A DNA stretch of 64,000 bases from a plasmid. The stretch lies in the sequence record NZ_CP072388.1; one strand, written 5' to 3'. The notes beneath the pieces were generated by a model. That model did no database searches and was not told the DNA's origin. It saw only the letters and a program-made list of their open reading frames with translations. Position 1 is the stretch's first letter, and the number at the start of each line of letters is the position of its first letter. Position numbers and translations under genes: made by a program. Shown piece after piece: positions 17,521-26,657 of the stretch.

Positions 17521-18546
17521 ATGAGCGACGAGTTGACCCGTGAGCGCACGGTGCAGATCAACGCCGCGGCGTGGGAGTTCTGGCGCTTCCATGCGAACAG
17601 TGCTGACGACTGGACCCGGGCCTACCTCGCCGCACGCGGGCTGCGCGGCCTGCAGGCCGGGTACGCGCCCGAGGGGTGGGCTCGGCTGGTGGGCCGCATG
17701 CGCGGCCGCGGGTTCAGCGCGGACGAGATCGTGGCCGCCGGCCTCGCGTTCCGCACCGAATCCGGCTCGGTAGGGGACGTCTTCCGCGACCGCCTGGTGC
17801 TGGCGTACCGCGACGAGCACGGCGACATCGTCGGGTTCACCGCGCGTCGCAACCCCGCGCTCGACGACGACGGCGATGCGCCGGCGAAGTACCTCAACAC
17901 GACCGCCACGCCCGCGTTCGACAAGAGCCGGGACCTGTACGGCCTCGACCCCGCGGCCGCGCGGAACATCCGTGCCGGCGCGCGCGTCGCGGTCGTCGAG
18001 GGCGCCCTGGACGCCGAGGCCATCCGCCGCACCGGGACCGCCGTGGTCGCCGTGTCCGGGTGCGGCACCGCGGTCACCGCGACGCACCTCGAGCGGCTGC
18101 GCGCGATCCACCCGGACGCCGTCGCGCTGGCCGTGTTCGCGTTCGACGCCGACGCCGCTGGCCGCGGTGCCGCGTCGCGCGTGTGGGACCTGCTCAACGA
18201 CGTCGAGGCCGGCACCGCCGGCGCCCTGGTGCTGCCCGAAGGGACCGACCCCGCGCAACTCGTCCAGGACGGCCACGGGCACGCCCTCGCCGAGCGGCTC
18301 GCGCAGCCGACCAGCCTCGCGAGCGTCGTCGTCGACGCCGAGCTCGCACGCCACGACCTGACGATCCCCGAGGGTCGCGTCGCCGGACTGCGCGCCGCGG
18401 CCGCACGCGTCGCACGCATCCCACAGGCGCCCCTGGCACGCGTCGGCGCCCACCTGCACGCACGCCTGGCGCCGCACACCGACCTGGGCACGATCGCCGG
18501 CGAGCTCGCCGTCGCGCATGCAGGCGCGGCGCGCGGGGGCGCGTGA
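17521..18546 (+). CDS. Toprim-domain protein (DnaG-primase-like C-terminal fold)
   Basis: VVEGALDAEA and AFDADAAG acidic motifs characteristic of Toprim. Sits 2 bp after nrdH. Confidence 0.65.
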   Translation: MSDELTRERTVQINAAAWEFWRFHANSADDWTRAYLAARGLRGLQAGYAPEGWARLVGRMRGRGFSADEIVAAGLAFRTESGSVGDVFRDRLVLAYRDEHGDIVGFTARRNPALDDDGDAPAKYLNTTATPAFDKSRDLYGLDPAAARNIRAGARVAVVEGALDAEAIRRTGTAVVAVSGCGTAVTATHLERLRAIHPDAVALAVFAFDADAAGRGAASRVWDLLNDVEAGTAGALVLPEGTDPAQLVQDGHGHALAERLAQPTSLASVVVDAELARHDLTIPEGRVAGLRAAAARVARIPQAPLARVGAHLHARLAPHTDLGTIAGELAVAHAGAARGGA

Positions 18547-18599
18547 TGAGCGCGTGCGGCGCCGCTAGGTTGGCGTCGACACCGACAGGGGAGGGCCAC

Positions 18600-18791
18600 A
18601 TGTCGATCAGCGACGAAGAGCGCGCGCGACGAGCCGACGACGCCGCCAGGATCCGCCACAGCACCGAGCTCGAGGGCGGCCGCACCGACGACGCCGCACG
18701 GGCGATCCAAGACCAGTACGTGCGCGGCGAGATCGACAGCGAGGAGCTGGTCCGACGCACCAAGGCCTACCTGAACCTGCCGGAGCGCTGA
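18600..18791 (+). CDS. VbhA-family antitoxin of a Fic toxin
   Basis: 63 aa with the inhibitory motif STELEGG (S/T-xxx-E-G/N). Immediately precedes the Fic gene. Confidence 0.7.
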   Translation: MSISDEERARRADDAARIRHSTELEGGRTDDAARAIQDQYVRGEIDSEELVRRTKAYLNLPER

Positions 18792-18792
18792 C

Positions 18793-19575
18793 GTGGCGCA
18801 ACCGTGGGAGACGGGTGACGAGATCTCCCGCTGGCATGGGTACCTGCTCGACGACGGCAAGACGCTACGCAACCGCGTCGGCGCCACGACGCCGGACGAC
18901 CTACGCCGCGCAGAGGACCACCTCGTGGAGACCCGGGCGCTGTCGCTGCGCGAGCACGACCTGCCCGGCACCTACGACCTCGCCGGCCTGCAGGCCGTCC
19001 ACCGGCACATGTTCCAGGACGTCTATGACTGGGCGGGCGAGCTGCGGACGGTGTCGATCCGCAAGAGCGCGGACACGTGGTTCACGCCTGTGCCCGACAT
19101 CGAACCGTCCATGGAAGTGCTCGCTGGCCACCTGCGCGCGTCCGACAACCTGCGCGCGATCGATGCCCAGCACGTGCCGGGTGCGCTCGCCACCGTCTAC
19201 GACATCGTTAACCAGGCACACCCGTTCCGGGAGGGCAACGGCCGCGTCCAGCGCGAGTTCCTGAGCGCCCTTGCGAGCGAGAGCGGGCACCACATCGACT
19301 GGACGAAGGTGACGCTGTCCGTCGGCGATCGCGAGAACGAAAACGACCGCGTCAGCCGCCTCGCCCTCGCCGGTGACAACGGCCCGATGCGCGACATGTT
19401 CGCGCGCATCGTGACCCGCGCAGACCGCGACAGCTTCGACGTCGCCGCCTTCGAGGCGGTGCGCATCGCGCAGGCCGGTCGGGTGACCCGTCCGCGCTCA
19501 TCCGAGCACGGACCGAGGCCTGCCGCGCCACGTATCCCTGGCGCCTCGCAAGGACAAGAGATCGATCGGACGTAG
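18793..19575 (+). CDS. Fic/Doc-family protein (VbhT-like toxin)
   Basis: Canonical Fic motif HPFREGNGRVQR. Confidence 0.85.
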   Translation: MAQPWETGDEISRWHGYLLDDGKTLRNRVGATTPDDLRRAEDHLVETRALSLREHDLPGTYDLAGLQAVHRHMFQDVYDWAGELRTVSIRKSADTWFTPVPDIEPSMEVLAGHLRASDNLRAIDAQHVPGALATVYDIVNQAHPFREGNGRVQREFLSALASESGHHIDWTKVTLSVGDRENENDRVSRLALAGDNGPMRDMFARIVTRADRDSFDVAAFEAVRIAQAGRVTRPRSSEHGPRPAAPRIPGASQGQEIDRT

Positions 19576-19646
19576 CACCGCTCGGCGCGGTGCGCGGTGA
19601 GTACAACGAGGGGCCCCGCGCAGTGCGCGGGGCCCCTCACTTCGTC

Positions 19647-19958
19647 TCAGTTGGACTCGGACGCCACAGGCTCATCGGACCGAGCGGAGCGCGCCGTCGT
19701 GCTCGACCGACGTCGCGGCGTGCGCGCCTTGCGCTCGGGATCGGGCAAGCCAAGCTTGCGCAGCTCGTCGGCGGTCCACCCGTCGCTGAGCGCGGCCGCG
19801 TACGCCCGTGCATGCTCGCGCTCGGCGGTCTGTACCTGCGTGCGTAGATCCGCCTCGGCCTGGGCTGCGCGCACCAGTGCACGCACCGACCGGATCCGCT
19901 CGTCGAGGAGTTCGCGGGCCTTCGCCTCGGCAACCTCGGGGTCTAGTTCTCGCGCCAT
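19647..19958 (-). CDS. Hypothetical helical protein (103 aa)
   Basis: Clean ORF on the opposite strand between the fic gene and the oriT region. No motifs. Confidence 0.35.
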   Translation of the reverse strand: MARELDPEVAEAKARELLDERIRSVRALVRAAQAEADLRTQVQTAEREHARAYAAALSDGWTADELRKLGLPDPERKARTPRRRSSTTARSARSDEPVASESN

Positions 19959-19959
19959 G

Positions 19960-20196
19960 CCGCGATGCTACAAACCCCACGACGGCGCGCGCCAGCGCGA
20001 CGCATCTGGGCGCCGTCGCAGACACGACACCCGCGCCGAGGGAACGTTGAGCGCACAGGCCTCGGCGGAGCAAGCTATACACTTACGTGCCGTAAGTGGC
20101 TTGATGGCTCGACGCTGCGCGTCGGCGATGGCACACTGGGCGTGTGGTCCCCGCTGGAGCGGGGTCGCTGCGCTGGGCGAACAGGAGCAAGACGAC
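19960..20196 (+). other. Candidate oriT region upstream of the mobC and relaxase genes
   Basis: Non-coding 237 bp with a perfect inverted repeat cacttacg-tgc-cgtaagtg (20080-20098) and a second repeat gcgacgcatctgggcgccgtcgc. The position is typical of MobC/relaxase oriTs. Confidence 0.45.
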
Positions 20197-20595
20197 GTGA
20201 CCGAGCAGACGACGCGAGCACGCAGCCAGAAGCGGCAGCGGCGCGCGAACGTGCCCGGGGGACGACGCCACTACCACCGCGTCGGAGTGACGCCCGAGGA
20301 AGAGGCGATGCTGTTGCAGCGGGCCGCGGCCGCGAAGGTCACCGTGCCGCGCTTGCTCGTCGAGTCTGCGCTTGCGGAGCATGGTGAGACCGCGACCGAT
20401 CGCGCTGAGTTGCTGACGGAGCTGTTCCACGCGCGGAGGCTGCTCGCTGCCGTGTCGAACAATCTCAACCAGGTAGCGCGTGCGACGAATGCGACGGGCG
20501 AGATCCAGGCCGAGCTGACGGACACCCTGCGCAACGTGACGATCACCAGCGAGCGGGTCGGGCGGGCGCTTCGACGGTTCGAGGTCGGCGCATGA
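20197..20595 (+). CDS. mobC: MobC-family relaxosome accessory protein
   Basis: LNQVARATNATGE motif typical of MobC. ATGA overlap with the relaxase gene. GTG start with an AGGAG RBS. Confidence 0.7.
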   Translation: MTEQTTRARSQKRQRRANVPGGRRHYHRVGVTPEEEAMLLQRAAAAKVTVPRLLVESALAEHGETATDRAELLTELFHARRLLAAVSNNLNQVARATNATGEIQAELTDTLRNVTITSERVGRALRRFEVGA

Positions 20596-22136
20596 TGCCG
20601 AACATCACGCGCGGCGACAGGGTCGCCGGCGTGATGGTGTACCTCGCGGGGGAGGGGCGGCACAACGAGCACACGAACCCGCACGTCGTTGCCGGGCACG
20701 ACGTCATCGTGGACGTGGTCGGCGGGCGCGAGCTGAGCACCGACGACGCTCTCGACATCGCCAACGAGCTCGATCTGCCGCGGCGCGTGTTCGGCACGCG
20801 CGTGACCGTCCCGGTCAAGGAGTGGAGCGAGGAGCAGCAGCGCCAGGTCAAGGTCGGTGACCGGGACGCGCACGTTTGGCACTGCTCGCTGTCGCTGCGC
20901 GCCGCGGAGGGCACGCTGTCGGACGAGCAGTGGAACCGGATCGCGACCGACTTCGTAGAGGGCATGGGCTTCGGGGCCGCCAGTGACGACGGCGCCGGGT
21001 GCCGGTGGGTCGCGGTCCGGCACGGGCTGTCGTCGGCCGGCAACGACCACGTGCACATCGTGGTGAACCTCGTGCGCGAGGACGGCACGAAGGCGTCGGT
21101 GCACAACGACCAGCCGCGCGCGCAGCGCCTGACGAACGAGCTCGAGCACCGGCACGGGCTGCAGGTGCTCGAGTCGCGCGAGGTCGGACGCGGGGCACTT
21201 GCCGGCGCGAAGCCTGCCGAGCTCGGGCGCGCCGAGCGTGAGGGTGCCGCGCTCCCGGCGCGCGACGAGCTGCGCCGGCGCGTGCGCGCCGCGGCCGCGG
21301 AGGCGACGAGCGAGCGCGAGTTCCTGGACGCGCTGCGCGACGTGCGGGTGCTGGTCCGACCCCGGTACGCCGAGGGCGGGCGCGAGCGCGTCGTCGGGTA
21401 CTCGGTCGCCCTCCCGCCGTCGGTCGATGACGGGCGGCGCGCGGCACCGGTGTGGCACGGCGCGGGCCGCCTCGACAACTCCCTGGCGCTCGGCCAGCTG
21501 CGCGCCCGCTGGGGCGCCGACGTCGCCGGCGACCCGGCCCTGACGCCGGCATGGACCCAGCGGTGGACCACCCTTGACGTCGCGGACAAGGTGCGTGCGA
21601 GCGAGCCACCGCGCGACGCCGCACGCGCCCTGGTCGGGCTGTCCGGGACGCTCGGAGACGGCGGACAGCGCCTCGCGGCCGCCGACGCCGCGGGCGTGTT
21701 CGCGCGCGCATCGATCGCGCTCGAGAAGGACAAGCCAGGTCCGCTCGCCAAGCTCTCCGACGACCTCGCCCGCGCGGCCCAGCCCTCGGCCTACACCGCA
21801 GAGGACCGTGACCGGCAACGGCGCGAGAACGCCGCGCTTGGGGCCGCGTACGTCAGTCGGCTCATGGCCCGCGGCACGGGCAGCGACTCACGCACCGGAT
21901 GGATCGCCGTCATGCGGCAAGCCGAGCGCACCGCCCGCGCGATCGCGCACGCCCAGGCACTGCAGGGACGGGCGGTCGCGGCGGCGCAGACGAACCGTGC
22001 GCTCCTCGCCGCGGTCGCAGCGGTGCCGCAGATGGAAGGCCGCGCCGCGGCGCCGAACCTCGATCCGGGCGCCCACGCGATGCGCGACCGCCGAGGGGCT
22101 GCCGTGCGCGACGTCGACGTGGAACAAGGCCGCTGA
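20592..22136 (+). CDS. Relaxase/mobilisation nuclease (MobA/VirD2-like)
   Basis: Histidine triad NDHVHIVVNLV and relaxase motif I-like sequences in the N-terminus. 514 aa. Confidence 0.85.
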   Translation: MMPNITRGDRVAGVMVYLAGEGRHNEHTNPHVVAGHDVIVDVVGGRELSTDDALDIANELDLPRRVFGTRVTVPVKEWSEEQQRQVKVGDRDAHVWHCSLSLRAAEGTLSDEQWNRIATDFVEGMGFGAASDDGAGCRWVAVRHGLSSAGNDHVHIVVNLVREDGTKASVHNDQPRAQRLTNELEHRHGLQVLESREVGRGALAGAKPAELGRAEREGAALPARDELRRRVRAAAAEATSEREFLDALRDVRVLVRPRYAEGGRERVVGYSVALPPSVDDGRRAAPVWHGAGRLDNSLALGQLRARWGADVAGDPALTPAWTQRWTTLDVADKVRASEPPRDAARALVGLSGTLGDGGQRLAAADAAGVFARASIALEKDKPGPLAKLSDDLARAAQPSAYTAEDRDRQRRENAALGAAYVSRLMARGTGSDSRTGWIAVMRQAERTARAIAHAQALQGRAVAAAQTNRALLAAVAAVPQMEGRAAAPNLDPGAHAMRDRRGAAVRDVDVEQGR

Positions 22137-22294
22137 GGGCTCCTGGCGCCACGCGCCGTGCATGGACCCGGGCCCATCCCAAGGCGCGCCTTGTGCGAGG
22201 ACTTCTTGACCGGTAAGTCATGATCGAGACGTGCGTCTGGGCCAATAATCGCAGCGAAGACCAAGGCCCAGCCCTAGCCCAGCAGAGGAGTCCG

Positions 22295-23368
22295 ATGGCG
22301 GAGAAGTCTGTCGAGCAGCTCGTGCACGAGGCGCTTGACCTGTTCGACGATCCGTCACAGTCGGTCGCCAGTCATGTGCGGCGCGCAATCCGGATCGCGA
22401 CGAAGCGGCAGGACTACATCGCGTTGCTGCGTCTCTACCCGGAAACGTTCGACTTCACCCCTCAGACCAAGATCGACCATCCGGCGTTCGTCGATGCGGG
22501 CGCTAGCCTCGACGCGCTCGTGGGAGCCGAGGAAGGTGAGCGGCAGAAGATCCAGATCTTGATGCGCTTCATGCGCGACCGCACTCCGCGCGGCGGCAGC
22601 GAGAGGTTCCACGCCCTGAGCATCGGTCAGATCGAAGCGCAGTTGCAGCAGGTAAACGAGGTTATCGAGCACTACTCGAAGGTGCCGGAGAACCTCACAC
22701 CTATCGACACGTATCGAGTCGCGGAGCAGTACGACAGAGCGGGAGCCCAGGCCCTGCCTCTCAGGGCCGAGTACGAGTCGACGATCGAGCGCGTGAAGCA
22801 GGCAGTTCACGACATCCTGGTTGACACAGAGCGGCAGATCGAGTCGGGGCAGCGACGCCCAAGCATCTTCGAGCGGGGCCAGGCCTACATCGCCGGGGCA
22901 CTTGCTCGTCGCGCCCCCGACGCGCTTACGACGTTCGAGGCCGCGGAGGATGCCCTCCAGCGAGGGACGCCTGAGGACTTGAGTCACGCTCTCACCTCGT
23001 GCCGACGGATGATCAAGGCCCTGGCCGACGCGCTGTACCCAGCGACCGGAGAGAAGATCACGGGCGACGACGGACGCGAACGACCCATGACCGACGACGC
23101 CTACAACAACCGGCTCCTACAGTTCGCGGTCGAGCACATCGATGGGTCGACCCATCAAGACCTCGTGAACGAGACCCTGAAAGGGCTGGGGAACCGGCTC
23201 AAGCGGCTCAACGAGCTGTCCTCGAAGGGTGTACACGACGTTGTGAGCAGCGCGGAGGCAGAAACATGTCTCATGTGGACCTACCTCACCGTCGCGGACT
23301 TCCTACGCATCGCAGACGGGACCAGTTCACGTCTCCAGGGTGACCCCGCCACCGAGCTACCCGACTGA
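22295..23368 (+). CDS. Hypothetical alpha-helical protein (357 aa) in a lower-GC patch
   Basis: AGAGGAG RBS. Roughly 60% GC. No confident motif. RLNELSSKGVH is only loosely Rx(n)H-like. Confidence 0.5.
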   Translation: MAEKSVEQLVHEALDLFDDPSQSVASHVRRAIRIATKRQDYIALLRLYPETFDFTPQTKIDHPAFVDAGASLDALVGAEEGERQKIQILMRFMRDRTPRGGSERFHALSIGQIEAQLQQVNEVIEHYSKVPENLTPIDTYRVAEQYDRAGAQALPLRAEYESTIERVKQAVHDILVDTERQIESGQRRPSIFERGQAYIAGALARRAPDALTTFEAAEDALQRGTPEDLSHALTSCRRMIKALADALYPATGEKITGDDGRERPMTDDAYNNRLLQFAVEHIDGSTHQDLVNETLKGLGNRLKRLNELSSKGVHDVVSSAEAETCLMWTYLTVADFLRIADGTSSRLQGDPATELPD

Positions 23369-23377
23369 GAGAGAACG

Positions 23378-24139
23378 ATGGACACGCTTCCGATCCCCGA
23401 GGTGCTGGACGACCCGGCACTCTTCATCACGTATGGTCCGGAGCCCCTGAACGGGCAATGGGGCAGCCTCGCAGCCGAGTACGCCCGTCATCGTGAGTAC
23501 ACCGGCGTCGCACCCCGCTACTTCGCATTCGACGACCTGTGGCTGGAGTTCAGCGAGGCCGACGGGTCTTCTGCGCCTCTGCCCACCGGGTGGGCACGCG
23601 CCCTGCTTCTGGCGTCGGGCGGCGGCAACTACCAGCGCATGCTCCTCGAGAAGCTGGTGAAGGTCTGGACTCCCGCCACCCCGCCGCCGGGGGGCCGGTT
23701 CGGGGCGCTACTCACGGCGCTGTTGTTCGACGACGTCCACCCCGACGACGCCCAGGGGCTGCCGGCTCTGGCCCCGACCGCCCTCGCCGAGGAGCGCACC
23801 CGGCGCCTGCAGGCCCGGCGTCAGCTGCGCGCCGACGTCGCCGAGGCGGCCGGGGCGCTCGTCGAGCGGCAAGCCGCCGAGCGGCGACGCCAGCGTGAGG
23901 TGGACGCGGCGGCCAGCGCCGTGGTGCGCGAGCAGATGCGGGCGCTCGGGCTGTACGTGCGCCGGGTGCGCCACCCGAGCGAGACGCCGGCCAGCGTGCA
24001 CCGGTTCGACTGCGGCGCGGTCACCGGGGTGACCAAGAAGCGCACGATCGACCCCGCGCTGTACGAAGGTTTCGACGCCGTGCCGGAGGGTGCTCGCATG
24101 TGCCGCACCTGCCATCCGCGCCAGACGCAACCCGTCTGA
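23378..24139 (+). CDS. Hypothetical protein with C-terminal Cys/His cluster (253 aa)
   Basis: Starts 9 bp after the previous gene. The C-terminus contains HRFDCGAV...CRTCHPRQ. Confidence 0.45.
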   Translation: MDTLPIPEVLDDPALFITYGPEPLNGQWGSLAAEYARHREYTGVAPRYFAFDDLWLEFSEADGSSAPLPTGWARALLLASGGGNYQRMLLEKLVKVWTPATPPPGGRFGALLTALLFDDVHPDDAQGLPALAPTALAEERTRRLQARRQLRADVAEAAGALVERQAAERRRQREVDAAASAVVREQMRALGLYVRRVRHPSETPASVHRFDCGAVTGVTKKRTIDPALYEGFDAVPEGARMCRTCHPRQTQPV

Positions 24140-24307
24140 CCTCAGTGCGCACCAAGCATCGCTAGCCGTACAAGGTTGGCGGGTGCGAGCGGAGCGCGAA
24201 GTTGCGTCGCCTCTGCAAGGGCACCACGAATCGCGGGTACCGGTCAGCGGCCCGGAACGGCCGTGTCAGATCCTTGTGCTGGACTTCTGGCGAACGGAGG
24301 TGACGTC

Positions 24308-24436
24308 ATGGCGAAGTCGTCGAAGTCTGGGAAGCCCTCGAAGTCCGCTCTGTCCAAGGCGGGCAAGACGCTCGCGAGCGATTCCTCGAGCAAGCCGGCG
24401 AAGTCGAAGGCCGGTTCGACGCTCGGCAAGGGCTAA
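24308..24436 (+). CDS. Small Lys/Ser-rich basic protein (42 aa)
   Basis: GGAGGTG RBS 5 nt before the ATG. Repetitive sequence KSGKPSKS...KPAKSKAG. Confidence 0.35.
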   Translation: MAKSSKSGKPSKSALSKAGKTLASDSSSKPAKSKAGSTLGKG

Positions 24437-24529
24437 ACCGGTGCGCGGGCGGTCGCCGCCCGCGCACCGTCCGTCGCGTGACGCGATCGCCCGTAGCAGC
24501 ACTGCAGGTGGCGGAAACCGACCGTTTCT

Positions 24530-24562
24530 CGGACGTCGCACAACCAGGTTCTGCGACGTCCG
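24530..24562. terminator. Perfect 11-bp inverted repeat cggacgtcgca / tgcgacgtccg (terminator or operator)
   Basis: Directly read from the sequence. Lies in the intergenic region after the small ORF. Confidence 0.5.
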
Positions 24563-25015
24563 TGAAACGTGGGTTCTGCATCACGCGGCGTTGCTACGAG
24601 TCCCTCTTCGCGAGGTGGGCGTTGAGGGCGGTGCGATCGGCGTCGCCGTCGCGGTCGGCTTGGCGGCCTGGGCGGTGGACGGTGCGATTCGTCGTCCGCG
24701 GGTCCATTGGACGGCGACGACGATCGCGCGATCAGGTCGGGGGCTCGCCGGCTCCCCAGGCGATGGAGCTGCCGTCGGCTTGGTCGTCGAGCAAGGTGGT
24801 GGTGGCGGTGTATCCGATGGATGCCCACCAGTCGGCGGCGAGGATCTGCTGGTCGGCTATGACGGCGACGCCGAAGAACGCGTGGAACGCCATGGCGATG
24901 AGCAGGATGAGCGGGCGGATGGGGTAGGCGGCGCGGGTGGGGCCGGGGTCGATCCCGGGGACGACCCAGAAGAACAGGTACCCGCACCGGTGGTCCGCGG
25001 TCAGGGCGGCGCCGT

Positions 25016-26050
25016 CTACCGGGTGGTCTCGAGCGCAGGCACAGCAGGCTTCTCGCGCTCGGGCGTCGCGCGGGGGCGACGGTGCGCGCGCACCACCGTG
25101 ATGGCGACGGCGACCACGAACAGGACGAACCCCACCCAGACCATCACCTGGGTGACGTTGAGCCCCGCCCCGTCCGAGCCCGGCGTGCGCCCGCCGTCAC
25201 GGCCCGTCGCGGTGACGAGCAGGACGACGACGATCGTCGCCGAGACCGCGAGGCGACCGACCCAGCGTCCGGCCGTGTCCAGCGCGGACCGCCCGGGCGT
25301 GCGGGCCGGCGCGAGCAGCCGCACCAGGAGCAGCCCGGCGACGGGCAGCTGCAGCAGCCAGATCGTGGTGCGGAACGCCCCGTCGTACCAGACGTTCGTC
25401 CCGTACAGCAGGGTGTGCCACACGCTCAGCACGTACACGAGGATGATCGAGGCGTGTAGCGCCTGCCACACGCGCGGGCCCATCCACCGGCGCGCGTAGA
25501 ACGCCAGGCCGAGCGGGATCGACAGGTACAGCGCCAACAGCCCGATCAGGATCGCGATCTGCCCCGTGCCCGAGGAGTAGCCGCCCGGTACGAATACGTC
25601 CACGAACGCGCCCCACAGCAACGCCGGCGTCGAGAGTCCGTCCGCGTTCTCCCGGACCAGCTCGGCGAAGAACCAAAACGCGTGCGCGAACATCAGGCCG
25701 ATCGTCGTCAGGCTCGTCGTGCGGTGCCACCGCTCCAGACGTGCCGTCGACACCGGCATCCACGCCGGGCGCCGCGAAGACCGCACCAGCCCGAGCATCA
25801 CCGTGATCCACGCCCAGAACAGACCCGACCACCCGAACGCCTGGCACAGCCAGTACATCCAGTACAGCGGCGCGTCCGCGAGGAACGGCATCACCTCGAT
25901 CGTCGTCGACGTGCCCTGCGCGACCCGCCAGTACAACAGTGCGAAGATCGCGAGCGTCAGCACCAACGCGGCCGTCGCGTCCTTCCACGACGCCCGCAGG
26001 TCCTCGCGCAACGCCGCGCCATCGAACTGCGCACCCCTGCCAGTCGTCAT
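25016..26050 (-). CDS. Polytopic membrane protein, ferric-reductase-like TM domain (tentative)
   Basis: Six or more TM helices with conserved His residues inside helices (MFAHAFWFF, LHASIILVYVLSVWH). GAGGTG RBS before the ATG at 26050. Confidence 0.5.
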   Translation of the reverse strand: MTTGRGAQFDGAALREDLRASWKDATAALVLTLAIFALLYWRVAQGTSTTIEVMPFLADAPLYWMYWLCQAFGWSGLFWAWITVMLGLVRSSRRPAWMPVSTARLERWHRTTSLTTIGLMFAHAFWFFAELVRENADGLSTPALLWGAFVDVFVPGGYSSGTGQIAILIGLLALYLSIPLGLAFYARRWMGPRVWQALHASIILVYVLSVWHTLLYGTNVWYDGAFRTTIWLLQLPVAGLLLVRLLAPARTPGRSALDTAGRWVGRLAVSATIVVVLLVTATGRDGGRTPGSDGAGLNVTQVMVWVGFVLFVVAVAITVVRAHRRPRATPEREKPAVPALETTR

Positions 26051-26264
26051 CGACCACACCTCTGTCCAGGACGATGACCACGCCGTCACCGTCGACCGGC
26101 CTCGACCGTACTGGCACCTTTTGACGGCCGTCAAGCAAAAGTAGTGCGCCGCGAACGACTGGTGGCGTGGTGCGGCAGTCTTCGACCCGACTCGAAGACC
26201 ATGGTTTCGCGCGCGTCACACCGGCCGAGATTGACCCATCGCCGCTCAGCGATATTATCGCCAT

Positions 26265-26657
26265 ATGACGATGATGCCTGGGGTTGTGCCGCGACCGGTG
26301 GATCGGCAGATCGATGTCGTGGCCACGGCGGTGTACGCGGAGCTGTTCCATGCGCTGTCCGAGCCGACGCGGTTGGCGATCGTGCAGCACCTGGCGATCG
26401 GTGAGCACCGGGTGCGGGATCTGGTGGAGCACATGGGGTTGGCGCAGTCGACGGTGAGTGGGCACCTGGGGTGCCTGCGTGAGTGCGGGCTGGTCACGGT
26501 GCGCGTAGAGGGACGGTCGTCGTGGTTCTCTTTGTCCGAGCCCGAGCTGTTGGCGGGCCTGTTGGTGGGTGCCGAGCGGTTGCTGGGCGCGACGGGTGAG
26601 AAGGTGCGGCTGTGCACTCACCTGGTGCATCCGGAGACGTCGGGGGAGGGGGCCTGA
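26265..26657 (+). CDS. ArsR/SmtB-family metalloregulator
   Basis: HTH LSEPTRLAIVQHLAIGEHRVRDL with Cys residues (GCLRECG). Overlaps the CDF gene start (TGATG). Confidence 0.85.
   Translation: MTMMPGVVPRPVDRQIDVVATAVYAELFHALSEPTRLAIVQHLAIGEHRVRDLVEHMGLAQSTVSGHLGCLRECGLVTVRVEGRSSWFSLSEPELLAGLLVGAERLLGATGEKVRLCTHLVHPETSGEGA

Noticed and set aside
24640-25043. Hydrophobic reading frame (…GYLFFWVVPGI…MAFHAFFGVAVIADQQILAADWWASIG…) on the minus strand
   Set aside because: It has no usable start codon upstream of a 52-aa ATG-initiated tail, and it is not in frame with the neighbouring membrane-protein gene. It could be a remnant of a frameshift, but this cannot be supported.
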